Shown here piece by piece: positions 13,279-27,530 of a DNA stretch of 64,000 bases; within the stretch, counting starts at the first letter, position 1; each line of letters opens with the position of its first letter. The DNA is from Eledone cirrhosa (Eukaryota): the NCBI GenBank assembly GCA_964016885.1, contig OZ024743.1:160890001-160954000 (forward strand), in the 5' to 3' direction. The position numbers and the translations under genes are program-made. A model generated the notes under the pieces. The model was not told the DNA's origin. It saw only the letters and a list, made by a program, of their open reading frames with translations, and did no database searches.

Positions 13279-16030
13279 TTTCTTTACTGGTCACTAAAGC
13301 CGAAACAGAGAATACAATACAAATAGCAGGCACAGTGAGGATTTACATAAATGCGTGTAAACAGAAGGAAAACGGTTAACAATAAAATAAATAATAAAAG
13401 AATATACTAATAGGGGGAATACAACTCAAATGTAGTTTTTAAACCAATCCCACCATACCAGTTGGGAAGAACACCATCGGAAAGAGTCTATCTCTAAATT
13501 CTCCGGCCTACAGGCACATCGGCAGAGGGGTGTCCGTCCCGGGTGCCCCCGATGCTACATTAACTCACCCTTTAGTGTACGGGGGGGGGGGGGGCACTTC
13601 ACTCTGTACCCTCACCTACTTTTTTCTTCAAGTAGATCTTGAAAAGGTTGATGAGGGATTGGCTGAAGAGAAAAGTGTCTGAATTCACTACTTTCAGTCG
13701 TGTCCACTACACAACCTCTTCCGTTAGAACCAGCAGACAGGAAAATTGACTGCTCTTCCAGACCCCAAATCGTCGGCGGTGCGATGTTCATGATGCAATT
13801 AGTCGATAACCGGATCCTTCATACACGCGACAATAGCTGTTGGACAAAATTCCACAGGTAAGCAATACCCGGACATTGGATGAATGAGTTGCAGGATGGT
13901 TTCATCACTCTAAGTGCATCTCATACATGTTCGTCTAACAGCAATTCCATGTCTGCAGAGTTTGCCTCCAACCGGCATTGCCTACGCACCTATGCGGTCG
14001 AAGTCCTTCCACATTCGGTTCGGGCGGGATGCCCTGCAACAACTCTGACTTCCGCATGGCTCGAGACTCAATACGTACATAAGGGAGGAGAAAGGGCATC
14101 CTTGACAGACCCAGCACGTAAACTGGAAAAGTTCCGATATGTGGCAGTTGACCTTAACCACCCACCAGGTACCGCTGTGCATAGCAACGATCCAGGTTCT
14201 GAAGACAAGACCGAAGCAGGCTGTCTAGAGGACAACGTCCACGTATCGATGGTCGGCTCTATCGAAGACAGGTTTATTCCCTAATCTCTCTATGATGTAT
14301 CGCTTCAAGTGGATGTTGTTGCACCTCGTGCAGCCAGCCAGGGTTTCCTGTATCATGACTGTTCTTAGTTGCTTGCTTTACGCAGCAATCTGCATCAGTC
14401 GTAGTCCACTATCGTATCTGACCCTTCTCTTGCCCGAACAATCGCGCAATGTGCTACCAAAAAGCCGCGCATTTGGCTTGGAATGGAGCAAAACGCGCTT
14501 GTCTCGGTCCTTCAAAGACCGAACTCTGGCTTTGTTGTGATGCTGCTCCTCTGTCAGTTAGGCCTATCGAACAGCTTTCGTTCCCTCGCTTCTTAAAGCA
14601 TGCACTTTAAATCTGACAATGCAGCATTCGAGTTTAGCATTGAAGAGATAGTTGCGTGCCATTCTCGCAGTTCGCCCGTCGGTTGCAAAGACTCTTCTAA
14701 TTTTGCTAGTAATATCCTTCTATTTTTTTTCTATTTGCTACTTCTTTACTAAATGCTATCGATTCTCTCCTAATCTCTCTCTTAAGAGCCACTCACCCCC
14801 TGTTGTTGACGACTTTCCCTGTCAACCGGTGCTTATCTACTATGCTAATCCGGTCGCTGTAGGCTTTACATACCGGAAATGACGTATTGAGTTTCCAGTA
14901 ACCGGGTTCTTGTCTACGTCTTCTATCTAGTCTGACCATACAGTTCATGAATTCGTGGTCAGAATAGGTGACTGTTTTAAATGTGTTAACCTACTCAAAT
15001 ACCTATCTAAATACGATCTCGATGATTCTATGCGTTTTGTCCAGGTCGATACTGGTGAATTCTAGAAATCTAGTTGGTACCTGTCAGACAGTTAGAATTG
15101 CCTGATCAGGTTCTTGAAGCTTTTACACCCCCTAAGCCTATAGGTTACTCCCACGCAAACCCAGTGTGCTTCTAGGATGTCGCTGCAGTCTTCTGCTAAC
15201 TGTAAATTGCGAGGCATTCTTAGACATGATTCTAGACGCCTGGAGAAATCAGTGTGTACTGCTCCAGCTGGAACGAAGACGGCGACCAGTCTTACTCACA
15301 TCCAGCACCACTAACCTGCCATCTGGGTCCGGGGCGATCATCCGTACCACGTGATCCAGCATTTCTTAAACCGCACTATCACTTTGCCTCCCATCCCAGG
15401 CCGACTGAGAGATGCATAGATATTAAAGTCGTCAAAAATGGAGAGTAATGCGCGCGTGTCGGATATCCTAATCTTGCTGGTGGCTATCACATTCATAGCT
15501 AGTGACATAAGGTTGTTGAACAAGCGACCTTGCTTCCAGCATGACCCTATATACACCCTACTCTTAGAATTACCATATTGGCGGGTGTTGTTGGAGATCG
15601 GGTGGATCGATCTCCATATCTGCTTGGATTTCCTTTGAGAACCCCTCTAAAAGCATACGCATTAATTTTATATTAATGGTTTCTACATAGAGGAGGAAGC
15701 TGTCCCCAATGTTTTTTGTAATTTTCTAGTGACATTGTAATTTTCTACCATCATTAAAGATTGTAGCATTTTAAAAGTGCTGCTTTGGAAAATCTCCCAT
15801 CTCTCCTCAATATATTTAATTCGAGGACCATCAATTCTTCGTTAGCTCTCCTCACAAGCACTGGTGGTGGTGCTGGTGCTGGTGGCGGTGGTGGTGGCGG
15901 TGGTGGTTGTGATGGTGTTAGTGGTGGTAGTGGTGGTGGCCGTGTCCGTGGTAGTGTTTTTGTTTTTCTTTGTTGCATTCATTTTATTTTGTAGTTATTA
16001 AGATAGTGATAGTGTTGTTGAATTTTTATA
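13279..16030 (-). mobile_element. Highly degenerate Tx1-like LINE
   Basis: IGSCWKQGRLFNNLMSL (APE start), VCQGCPFSSLMYVLSLEP (RT), 3' motif variant at about 13280-13296. Confidence 0.75.
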
Positions 16031-16089
16031 TGCGGTAAATTTATTTCATAATTTTCCTGTACAATGCTAATGCTGCTGTCATTGTTTTG

Positions 16090-18390
16090 CGGATTTTGGT
16101 TTTCGATCCTTTCTTGCGGAACATACAAACACAACAATCAAACACAAAGACAGCAAACTTCGTGCTACTAAGAATGGTCAACCGAAAACTGATGGCCATC
16201 ATAGTACCAAATAAAGGGATTGAAAGAGAGGGGAAGATTTTTGCCACGAACATCTTCAAAGCGCCACCAACACGGATGATGGTACCGATGGCTTGTTCTC
16301 CGTTCTCCTCGATGCCGTCTACTGCAACTGGCAACAGAACGGGAGAATTCTCAGATCTGTGAGTCGGCACATATTAACGCTGATAAGGAAAGGGACGTTT
16401 TAGATAACTTCAGGTCCATACGTTTGCTAAACACAAAGTTTAAGATTTTGACGAAGGTGCTAGAAACGAGGCTGATGCTTAGGTGCAAAATCTCGATCAG
16501 TTCTATACACAACAACTTCCACCTCATTCGATACATCATAGAGAGGGTAGGGAGTAAACCTGGCTTCGGTGGGGCTCTAATCAATTTGGATCAATCGAAA
16601 TCTTTCAATAGGTTCGACCTTTGATACCTTGACGCTGTCCTCAAGTCAGCCGGCGTTGGTCCTGTCTTTAAAGGCTGAGTCGCTGCAATGCACAGTGGAT
16701 CAGCTCGGTGGTCTAAGTCAACGACCTCTTATCGGAACCGTTTCAGATTATCACTTGGTCTGTCAAGGATGCCCTCTCTCCTCCCTTCTGTACGTATTGA
16801 ATGTCAATCCGCTACTGCTGAAGCTGGAGCTGTTGCAGGGCATCCTACTCAAACCGCTGGACGTGGTAGTGTGATTGTGTCGAACACCTAGGAAATCGAG
16901 GTGGACGGCAACTTCTTAGATGAATATGAACATTTGACGAGAGTAAAGATCAATCCGGAAACGTCGGTGGGTTTGCAGCTCGGCACTTGGAGAAGAAGAT
17001 CCAAGCCGTTTAACAGCCTCGTCGGACAATGGACGAACAGACCGGTGAAGTAGCTCGGGGTCTGCTTCTGACCAGACCTCTAGGTGGATAAGAAATGTTA
17101 CGAGGTAACGAGCAGAGTGCTCACGCTCACCCAGAAATGGTCTGAGAGGAAGCTATCCCTGAAAGAGGTCGGATGGGGCTGGCGAACGCGTACATTGCGT
17201 TCGTTCTCAATTGCTGCCTGACTGATGTGTATTTCCCCCGTTCACGCCTCACCAAAATGAAGCGCCTGCTCTTCAACTTTTTATGGAATGGACAAGTTCC
17301 ACCGGTGACGCAGATGGCTAGGCATGCCGTTGCGTCTCCAGATATTCCTAATCGGTGAAAATGTGTGGTCACCGGTTTGTTAAACAGGTCTTCCTGCTAC
17401 TGATTTCTTTGACAGAGCTGCAGTCCTGGGTCAAGCGAAGACCGAGAATGGGGCCCTGGCATCTGGAATATTGCCAGACAATCTCAGACCTCTACCAGTA
17501 GGGTAATGCAGTCAGTGGAAATTCCACTCTAAAGTTCTATAGAGAACTTGTGGTGGGCAAGTGCGACGACATACTTGGTGAGGCGCTTGGCATCTACGAA
17601 TTCGAACTAACCAGTCTGTCCAGTGAACTTTCGAACCGGAGATTAAGGACAATTTCCAGAAATCCCTTGCTTGGCTGTGCTATCGAGGAACACTGCCAGT
17701 TTGTGACAAACTTTATAGGCACTGAAGTGCTGTCAGACAGATCTGTTAGAGATGCGTACAGAGCGATGAAACCATTCTGCACTCACTCCTCCAGCGTCCG
17801 TGCATTACTGATTTGTGGAATTATGTCGAACAGCTGTTGTTGCCTGTAGAACGGATCTGTCTATCGACCGGGTCCATCGAAGAAATCGCCCCGCTGCCTT
17901 CTTTGGCCAGGAGAGCAGGCATTTCCCTTTGCCTGATGGCTGTAGCGAAAGAGGCTGTGTGGTAGACGCGGGGGGGGGGGGCAGAAGACAGACAGTTTTT
18001 TTTCTTTGGGCAAGCCCTCATCGACTCTCCCAAATTCTACTTGGAAAGGAAGGTGAGGGTTAAGAGAGAAGTGTTGCCCCACAGTACATTTGATAAAAGG
18101 TGGGTGAATGTAGCAATGATGGCCCGTGTGAATGAGCCTATTCTGACTATGCGTCTATAGGCTGGAGAGTTTAGAGAGGAGAGGGGAACTCTTCTAACGT
18201 GTTCTTAGAGAGGAGGGTTGTTTAGGATTAGTGGGGTTCGTATGTCATACTTGGATCCTACTCCCCTTATTGGGGAATTTTCTTTGTTGTAAATTTACTG
18301 TAACTTATTATTTGTTATATATTTACTCGATTTCATGTAAACCCCTCTCTTCCTTTTTTGTATTGCCCCCTTGTAACCATTAAAGGAATA
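16090..18390 (+). mobile_element. Degenerate Tx1-like LINE lacking the endonuclease (ORF1 end joined to RT)
   Basis: LNTKFKIL, GALINLDQSKSFNR, CQGCPLSSLLYVL; 3' end followed by an AAT-rich tract. Confidence 0.8.
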
Positions 18391-18419
18391 ATAATAACAA
18401 CAATAATAATTATCAATAT

Positions 18420-18560
18420 TATTATTATTATTGTTTCTAATTTCCTCATAAAGCCAACAATTTCAGATGAGGGTGAGAGTCGATTACATTGGACTCAGTA
18501 CTTGACTAGTAATTATTTTATCGACCACCTGAAAGATGAAAGTCAGTTGACAGCTCAAGT
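18420..18560 (-). mobile_element. Old SINE fragment
   Basis: attattttatcgaccacctgaaagatgaaagtc resembles the reverse complement of the central part of the SINEs at 28.9-30.2 kb. Confidence 0.5.
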
Positions 18561-18899
18561 TAAAATAGAAGATTAATTTAGCTGAAATCGCTTGTAACGA
18601 AAACTACAAATCAAAACCGTATCATACAACTCAATGTTAAATGTTAATGGTAAAATTCCTCGTCGCCAAAAACAAATAAACTGATATCTAAATTCTATGC
18701 CTAATAACTGTATTATAACAAAACAAAACTAAATAATCACCATAACAAACCTCAACCAAATTGTTTATACTCCTAGTTTTTAAACGTACATTCACACATG
18801 CTACTTCATTGAACATTGCCCGATCCTGTGCATGCAAGTGACATTTCAGACGCTTTGGTTTTGTAGGTAAGTTCACAGATGTTACACTTGAACTGTCTG

Positions 18900-21000
18900 T
18901 CTCCTGGTATTACAGGCTGGGATGTTTCATGCTTTTTACAATGTCTGGTCAGCCCATCAGTTGAATTGCAAATTAACTCCCACTCACTGCAAATCTACCG
19001 TAGAGTGTGTGGTGGTATAACCATCTCACAATTGGCTCGATTTCTCCCTGGTTCATGTGATGTCTGATGTTGACAAATCTAACTTTTGTTGGAAGAAATC
19101 GGCCATATTGCACCTCAAGTCCTGGTTGATTTTTGCAGGAAGTGCTCTTGAGTCCTGCTTACGTTTCAAAACAGCATGCTCCACTCGCTTTTTCTCAAAT
19201 ACATCACAGCCATGTTTGATTATCTTTTTCCGTGATGTACGGCCTTCAGCTAGTCTCTCCCAGTTCTCCATATCAATCTTCAGAACTTTAAGACTGTCTT
19301 TTATGACATCCTTAAACCACTTCTTTGTTTTATGCTGTGGCCTTTTTTCCTTTGGTCAACTGCACAGAAAATAAGTGTTTAGGCAGCCTTCCATCTTCCA
19401 TCCTGACCACATGACAAGCCCAACGCATCTAGTTCATAATAATCCTCCTCTCAATACTAGTGCTATCCGCTTTCTTATGTACAGCAGCATCAGGTGTGTG
19501 AGAAGACCACTTGATTTACAGGATGCGTCGAATACAATGCTAATCAAATCTTCCCAAATGCCTGATACGATGCTTGCAAGTTGTCCACGTTTTGCATCAA
19601 TATAGCAGGGCTGTATGAACACAGGCCTCATACACAGAAAGTTTTGTGATTTTCGGGATAGCCCGATTGGACCAGACACACTTCTCAAGTTTCTCGAAGG
19701 TATGACTTGCTTTCGCAATCCTGTGATCTATCTCAGCGTAGAGGGTACCATCTCTACTAAGTGTACTTCCGAGATACACAAAGTTGTCCACCACTTCATG
19801 TCTTTTTACTCTCACGAAAATTTCTGGCTCCACATACACTTCCCCGACTGGTGGGGTGTACATGGCCTTTGTCTTTTTATACTAATATTTAGCCCAAACA
19901 CAGTGCATGCGTTGGAGAAGGTGTCCAATATCAACTGCATGTCATGTACTGTGTGAGCTACAAAATCTGCATTATCAGCATACAGGAATTCCCTAACAAG
20001 AATGCCAAATATAATACTTGATGTTAAACCGTCTTAGATTAAAGACTTTGCCAGAGGTTCTAATTTGCAATTTCGAAATCTTGAAAGGCATATGTCAGCA
20101 GCATAGCAAAGTAGATGGAGAATAGAGAGGGTGTAGTTATGTTGCCTTGCTTGACACCGTTTTCCACTGAAATTGGCTCTGAAAGTGTCCCAATGAAGTT
20201 CACTCTTGTTTTCATATTTTGATGGTGTTTTCAGAATATTCAAACAAACTAATGAAGGCATCCAAGTTTTCCCAATATGACCCACAATGCACTACGATTA
20301 ACAGTATCGAAGGCTTTGGTAAGGTCCACAAACACTTGATATAGTGGTACTTGCTGCTCAACACACTTCTCAATAAGCTGACGGACTGAGAAAATCATGT
20401 CCATGGTACCCCGCCCAGCTCTGAATCCACACTTGGTCTCAGGGATGGCACTAGAGCAGATCCATTTTATTAGACGATTCTAATACCTTGTGGTTTCTCC
20501 AGTCGTTTTGTGATCCTTGGCCGGACAGCAAATCTTACTCCTCCATTCGTTTCCTCTCCATTTGGTTTCCCTTTCCAGAAGAACGTATAGCCATTACCTC
20601 TCTCTGATAGATGAATTTCCTCACAAAGACGGGTTTCGGAGAGTGCAGCTAAGTCAATATTATACATGCTCGATTCTATGCCAACAATAGTAGTCCTGCA
20701 ATCTGGATTTGTGGATATTCCAACATGAAATATAAATGTTCTTATATATCATGTGGCAATATTCAGTGCAGTTCTATTCTTTTGAAAATTACTATTCTTG
20801 TTTTTCCTGCCGATTGAACAGCCGTCAGCCACATATTGCTGACCATCTTCATGGTGGAACAGACATTGATTGGGGCACTTTGTTCTAGACCTCTTCTAAG
20901 ATTTGTGTGAGCAGTGTTCTTCCTTGAAACGGCTACTCAGTCACAAAAGACTCCACCCAAGCCAGTTCCTATTCCGAAAACTGGCAACGACGTTAGATAA
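18900..21000 (-). mobile_element. Degenerate RTE-clade LINE, internally deleted
   Basis: IDLAALSETRL...GYTFFWKG (APE), FVDLTKAFDTVNR, EFLYADN, VDNFVYLGSTLS; ends approximate. Confidence 0.8.
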
Positions 21001-21539
21001 GCCATAAACCACCTGTATGTAGATTAGCAACTGCATACCTCCAACTCGTTAGGTCTGTATACGTCATTGCTTCCCCATTGCCACAGTTTAAAGATGTCTG
21101 CACAAAGAGATCGAAGCAACATGTGCCTGTGCTACAAACATGCTGCTCTCTAAGTATCAACAGCCAGTATCCAATGACAAGCAGATGCAAGATGATCGAC
21201 AGCTCTATCAACCGCAGGTTTTTCCGTATCTTTCTCTTTAAAAAAAAAGAAAGAAAGAGGGGTAGCTGCGACAACCATAGATTTTCTCGGATAAATAATA
21301 AATAGGTAAAATAACTAGATAAGATGAAATGGAATTAAAATTAAAAAAAGAATCATTTAAAATTTTAAAAGTTAAATGTTAAAAATATGCATACATACAT
21401 ACTTACATACGTACGTACATGCATACATAAAAACCGCCACCAAATTAAAGCACAATCAGCTAGATATTGTTGTTTGGGACCACATATTCAAAACGTAGTC
21501 TGTTTTAGAAATCAGACGTTTCAAGCTTACTAGTGACTT

Positions 21540-22595
21540 GCACTCCTTCGCATATTGACGACAACTATTGATCTACCTGGCCCCAGGTCTTGCATCAGGT
21601 CGCCTGTGAACCTTCACAATACCGTGGAGATCATAGTTCACTGGTTCTCTCTGAACATGGCTGCGACTGTGGCTCCTGAGACCAGATTTACTCAAGCAAA
21701 TCTGTCCACACTCAAGGCACACCAATTCAATGGAGATACCGATCGTTTCTAGAGATACACCAGGGTATTTCTTACGCACATCCCGTTTGATCTTCTCGTG
21801 CTCTATGCGTCTGTCCTCAAAATTAAGGACCCCATCATTCACCATTCCACGCCAAGTTTCTTTTTCAGGAGCTTCCATCTCACAGTCAGCCACCATCACC
21901 CTAGTTTTTTTTCAATGAGTCCTTTAAACAATATTTGAATCAGAGCTTAGGCTTGTGAGGTGGTCTCCTACCTTTATAAAGCTCGCCATACAAAAGTTGT
22001 TTTGGGATTCGATCGTCATCCATTCTGCAGAGGTGTGCGGTCCATCGCAAATGCCGTTGCTGGATGATACTCTCAATGCTCCGACACTCACTTCTCTCAA
22101 GGAACTCAACTCACATGCATCTGCCACTTGATACCGAGCATCTTTCTGAGACACTGCAGGTGAAATCGTTCCAGTCTTTTGATATTTCCTTTGTAGGTAA
22201 TCCATGTCTCACACGCATACAGCAATACTGACAGTACACTTTCACCATGGTCTATATTGTGATTCCTCGCCTGCACCAAAGACAGTCGCTGAGCCTTCCA
22301 AATAACTCACTTGCTTTGCTAACACGCAGACCTACTTATGCATCCAGATAGCAGGTCACACTCAGAGTACTCCCCAAATACACACATCTGTCAGCAACCT
22401 TCAGCTTTTGACCGTATATGGAGTGTTCATTGAAAACTTTATCCGGAGTAGGTTGGTACATGAGGACAGTCTTCTTCAGACTGATTGTCAGTCCCAAAGC
22501 ACTGCACGCATTGGAAAAAGAATCCATAAGGTGGTGCATGTCACTCTGGGAGTGTGCAAAGAGAGCACAATCATCTGCATAAAGAAATTCTTTGA
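21540..22595 (-). mobile_element. RTE-clade LINE 3' fragment
   Basis: KEFLYADDCALFAHS, VYLGSTLS, terminal C2H2-like CLECGQICLSKSGLRSHSRSH. Confidence 0.8.
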
Positions 22596-24024
22596 TCAAA
22601 CATATATACATAATATAACACATACATACATGCATAATGACATACACACATACATACAAATATACATTCATACATCTTTACATATATACATACATAGATC
22701 AGTTCATTAAGAGATTTATACGTGGTTACTTGTGACTAAAATTGCAGACGATGGTGGGGAGGAATAAATCACACTTAAAATCTGACATGGAGATCCGATG
22801 ATTGCGTCCATGCAATCCAGAAACAAGAAATCCTCTCGAAATACCTACCGCAAGAAAAAGAAAAGTCATTAGCTGAAATTAAATGTAGGCTGTACAAAAC
22901 GAAGACGGAAGATTGAAAATATGCACTGTTTCAGGAGCCAACTTTACACTCAATGTAGTAAGGCGAATATGCACGGACCAATAATAAGGAGTTTGCAGAT
23001 CCAGTACCCAAAATACACGTTCAGTTTCATACCTTTTATTGGATCCTGAGCATATATACCACGCCGGCTGGATCGAAGTATAACTGAACTCGAATTGGGG
23101 GGGGGGGGGTAACACCTTAATTCATAAAGTTAAAAATGACCATGGTATCTGGAACCTTCAAATCTGTAAATTGATCTTGAGATTCAAACGATGAATGATT
23201 AAACAAGGGTTAATGGTAATTTCCTTTTATTTACAATCTTGCCGCCGGGAAGGTCACCGGTGAAAAATAAGGCTATTTCCATGCAATCGAGGAGCAGAAG
23301 CTCCGAACTAAGTACCTTCCACATAAAATACAAATAAAAGTTAATAACAAATGTAGCCTTTATGAGATCAAAATAAAAGAAAAAATAGATCGTGGCTTGG
23401 GATATCTACAACAATCGATTAATGGATTTCACCTAGCTTTTCAACAGGCCAACCTATGTGCCATAGGTCTGGTCGATAAAAGGCTGACATGAAGCTTCGC
23501 AACAACAACCAGCCATTATCAATATCACCATCGTTATAGCTGTTGTCATTGTCTTAATAATTATCATCATCGTCTTCTGCTTCTTCCTTATTATCATCAT
23601 AATCATTATCATTCTTAAAACCGATTCTCGAACAAATTCAACATTGAAACAGTATATATTTGTATAAATGTTGGTTAGTAAGTGATGATGAGTCAGACAT
23701 GACGCTACTAATTCTAATCGATTAAACAGTTTCCAATAAGGGAGATCAGTTTTCTGTAAATATTGTTTCCAACAAAGTAGATCAGTTGTCTCTAAATAAT
23801 GGAGGAAGCGGTTATTACTTAAATGTTTTGTAGCCAAGTGTCTAGTGAATTCTTCCAATTAAATATCGAAGAATCTTAATCTTAATTTTATTTTCTATTA
23901 TTTCCAGATAACTTGGAAACTTGGGAACGTAAGTATGTATCTAATATATTTGATTTCACTAGATACAACTCCCAATTCTCGTAAACATCTTTTGTAGGAC
24001 TAACGGTATTATAATACTTTCTAA

Positions 24025-24205
24025 CGCAGACGGACGGCTAGAAATTTGAATTCAGATGTTAATCTATTAAGCCGGTCATAGGATTTGACTGGGATTATAT
24101 TTTGTCAGCTCCGCAATGATGAGAGGGAAAGTTGAATACAGTGGGATTTGAACTCAGAACATGAAGTAACGGAAGAAAAAACACAATACATTTTGCCTGA
24201 CGCTT
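24025..24205 (-). mobile_element. Old tRNA-like SINE remnant
   Basis: gggatttgaactcag is a reverse B-box matching the younger SINE copies. Confidence 0.45.
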
Positions 24206-24230
24206 TATAATGCTACTACATGATTTATTG

Positions 24231-24900
24231 TATTAGTTTGCCCCATAATTTTTGCCACTTTTTGTTTAACTGCAAAGCTATTGAGGTTAAACAAAACAAG
24301 CATATTAAAACTTATTTGATGAAATAATATACATGAGATTGAATACACTTCCACCAATTTGTATTAAGGTTATTTATGCAACCCTAGATTAGAGAAACTC
24401 TTTAAAGGTTTCAGCTACACCTGCTCTATTTTGGAACCGTACGTTATTTGTACAGTTATCGATGAGTTTGAATAAATAAATGTGTAGGAGAGAGGCCATG
24501 AGAATATACAAGGGAGGTAAACCCTCAATTTCCAAATTGTTTAATTTTTCTTACGTTGTTCTTGCAATATATAGGCAAGTATTATCATGAAAAAGAATTA
24601 GGCCATGTCTTTTGACTATGGCAACTGTTTTTGGCAACATTTTCTGTGCATTTCTTCTAACCGCAGGTACTATTTTAACATGGTTTCAAACCCCTATGGC
24701 AGACTACTCAGTCAAGAGTCCACCATCATGTCACCATGCACTTTTTCTAATAGATTTCAGGCTTCTAAACATAATTTGATGCTTCTTTCGTGTCAGACCA
24801 CAGGCTAATCCCGTTGTTTTGGGATAAAGAATCCTCTTTTCATCAAATGTTACAATGCGTTTTAAGAATAGATTATTTCCATGGTTTAGCATGTCAAGAC
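24231..24900 (-). mobile_element. Mariner DNA transposon fossil (3' half + terminal inverted repeat)
   Basis: minus-strand translation gives KRIVTFDEK, EEMHRK...LILFHDN, IARTT..KL and YSHGLSPT, matching mariner motifs IVTxDEKW / HDNARPH / YSPDLSP; TIR-like tattagtttgcccc at 24231. Confidence 0.65.
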
Positions 24901-25851
24901 TTTTCTCCATATCTATTTCAGAGTTGCATCGTTAGTGATGCTACTGCCTGGGTACAGGAAATATTCAATCATTTCTAGAGTCCAGCCCTCCAGTTTGACT
25001 AATTACTGGCGTGTCGTCTCCCTAATTACTATGATTTCGTCTTTTCATTACTGCTCCGAAGATCAACGCTTGAGCTGATGTTACTGAGACTGAGGATCTT
25101 ACATTATCCTAGATGGATGTGGTAATGATGAGTACGTCAAATTTGTGTGTCTTCCTTCTACATCTCTCGTGTACCCCTGTAGGAGGGAGAAGAGGATAGA
25201 ACTCGAGCAGAATGGCAAGACGGCGGAAGAAGCGCTAAATATCTCTTCAAAATCGTGAAAGAATTGATATAAGGAAGAAGTGGTCCATGTGTCACATTTA
25301 AGTGTACTAGCAGAAACACCACCCCCTGGCAGTTTTTCTGCTAGCATATGTAGTGTGCATATTGGTATTATACGCAAATATATATGCATATATCGTTTCT
25401 GAATTTGTTTAGCAAGATTCTTTATCTGAAAACGTGTGTTGGAACCGATATTGTTATACTTTGGGAGGGTCATGTTGCCAATAAGAAACACACGCACCAG
25501 TTACTTTCACTTCAATTTATTATAATAAATTTATAAATTTAGGAATTTATAAATTTCCGGTTGGTTGATTGGTTGGTTCCACAACCAGATGGTTGTTTAT
25601 ATATTGTCAAAGTTCTTGCGTCACACATTCTGTGACCTCTTCGGCGACTGGGGATTCTTTTCTTTGTTTTTGTGCCCCTCATTTGTTCTGTCCTACGCCA
25701 TCTTGTTTCTGTGTGTGTGTGTTGTGTGTTCAGTCTGCGCATGCGCCACATCCAGGTGTCTGTGTGTGTTTATATTCGTTTATTTATTTGTTTATTTACA
25801 TGTTACAGGTTGGTTGTTTGATCTATGTGCGTGTGTGTTTTCATTTTGTCC

Positions 25852-26385
25852 TTAGTTGTAAGTTGTGATGTTGCTGTTCCACTCATGTTTTCTATTTAAT
25901 TTTGGTTGTAATTCTTTTATGTTTATTGCCTCTGTGATTTGTCTAAACATTGCGTCTTTTCTGTGTGTAGATACTATTTTTATTTCTATGTTCTCTAATT
26001 TACCCTTATGTTCTATTTTAGCATGTTGGTAGAGTACAGATGATTCTTTACTATCTTGAAGGTCTCGCCATTGTTCATTTATCCGTTCCCCTACACTACG
26101 AGCTGTCTCACCTATGTACACTATATTTTTGTCTCTACATTGTCCTTCAGTACATCTTATGCCATATACTACATTTCTAGTTTTACAGTTAATATGGGCG
26201 CTTAATTTACAGGTTATACATTTCTTATCTATACAGGGGGGTCTTTGAAAAGGGTATGTCTTGCTAATAAGTGTTTTTATGGAGGTAGCTGGTCTTTTTA
26301 CTATCTTAATATTGAGTTTATGTTTATCTAGGGCCCTTCTAAATTTGTAAGCTAATTCACCTCTAGGGGTTGTATCGATGAACAT
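25852..26385 (-). pseudogene. GIY-YIG endonuclease portion of Penelope-like ORF
   Basis: Cys linker CIDKKCITC, NVVYGIRC...VYIGETARS, RQITEAINI...PKLN. Confidence 0.88.
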
Positions 26386-26416
26386 TACACTCTGGTATTT
26401 ATTGCTATCATACCAT

Positions 26417-27530
26417 TTAGTTTATTCTATTAGCCTTATTCCTAGTTCTTTCTATTCTATTCCAAAATTTGCTCCTATACAAGGGGCAGGTCCCATTTAT
26501 TTCATTATTTACCATTTTTTCCCATTTGGTTGTGGCTCCTCTATACACTCTGATTTTATCTCTCTGATTGTAACCAGAGAACTGGATACGGTGGATGAAG
26601 TGTTGTATGTGTCTCTCTAGTTCTTCGGGGTTGCACATGCGGGACACGTTTCTCATCACCCGTACCAAATCCGCAATCAGTATGTTGATTTTGGTATGGT
26701 CCGAAACAGCTGAGTTTCGGTGGATCAGATATTTGGAAGTCATGGGTTTGGCATAATGGAAACGGAGGATTTGTTTTTTGTTATTAATGGTATCTAACCA
26801 GAGCTCTGTGTCTAGTACAGGTAATCGATGGTTGGGGTGTTTACTTGGGTAGTCTATAGTAACTCTAATACTCTGGTGGATGGAGTTAGCTATTTGCTGG
26901 ATGCTTTCCATTGTGTTTTTCTCTAATTCCTGACTGTTCTCTAGTGGGGGTGTTTTAACTACGATGTTTATATCATCAACGTAGCGGGAGTACATTATCA
27001 GGGTTAAGGGTCTTCTAATTGTTCTTTAAGTTTAAGTTTAAGTCTACTGTCCCACCATACCATGAATAAGTTAGCTATGTCGCCTGCAATGCTAACACCA
27101 ATGGCTGCTCCCTCCTCTTGGGTATATGTTTTTCCATTAAATTTGAACATATGTTCCTTAAGGGTTAATTTTATGCTGGCCCCACCGCATGTGCAATCAT
27201 TTTCTTTAGTTCATCGTGGTTTTCTGGGGTCCGTATGGCTCTGGTCCACCCGTTCTATCTATCTGTGTGGGTTTTCTTGGCCATTGAGGTAATGGTAGGT
27301 GGTCTGCCTCTTGCTGGTCTTGTAGGGCACAGGTTGCTAAGGTCATATGTGTCTAGGTAATTATTACTATAGGTAAGCTTAAGTAGGAGTCCCAGCTCAC
27401 TGGTATCAATCCCACGGAACTCAACATTGCTCTCACTGATCATTTCTACTCATTTCTCCACAGCAAAATCTACGTCAATAGATGGATACAGGGACACAAG
27501 ATCTATACTACCTATTATGCAGTTTGTTAG
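26417..27530 (-). pseudogene. Reverse transcriptase portion of Penelope-like ORF, frameshifted
   Basis: SIDLVSLYPSID, RYVDD, LPVLDTELW, HYAKP motifs. Confidence 0.85.

Noticed and set aside
22700-23900. Non-repetitive-looking stretch with short ORFs (possible host exons)
   Set aside because: No recognisable domain or convincing splice structure; cannot be supported without a search
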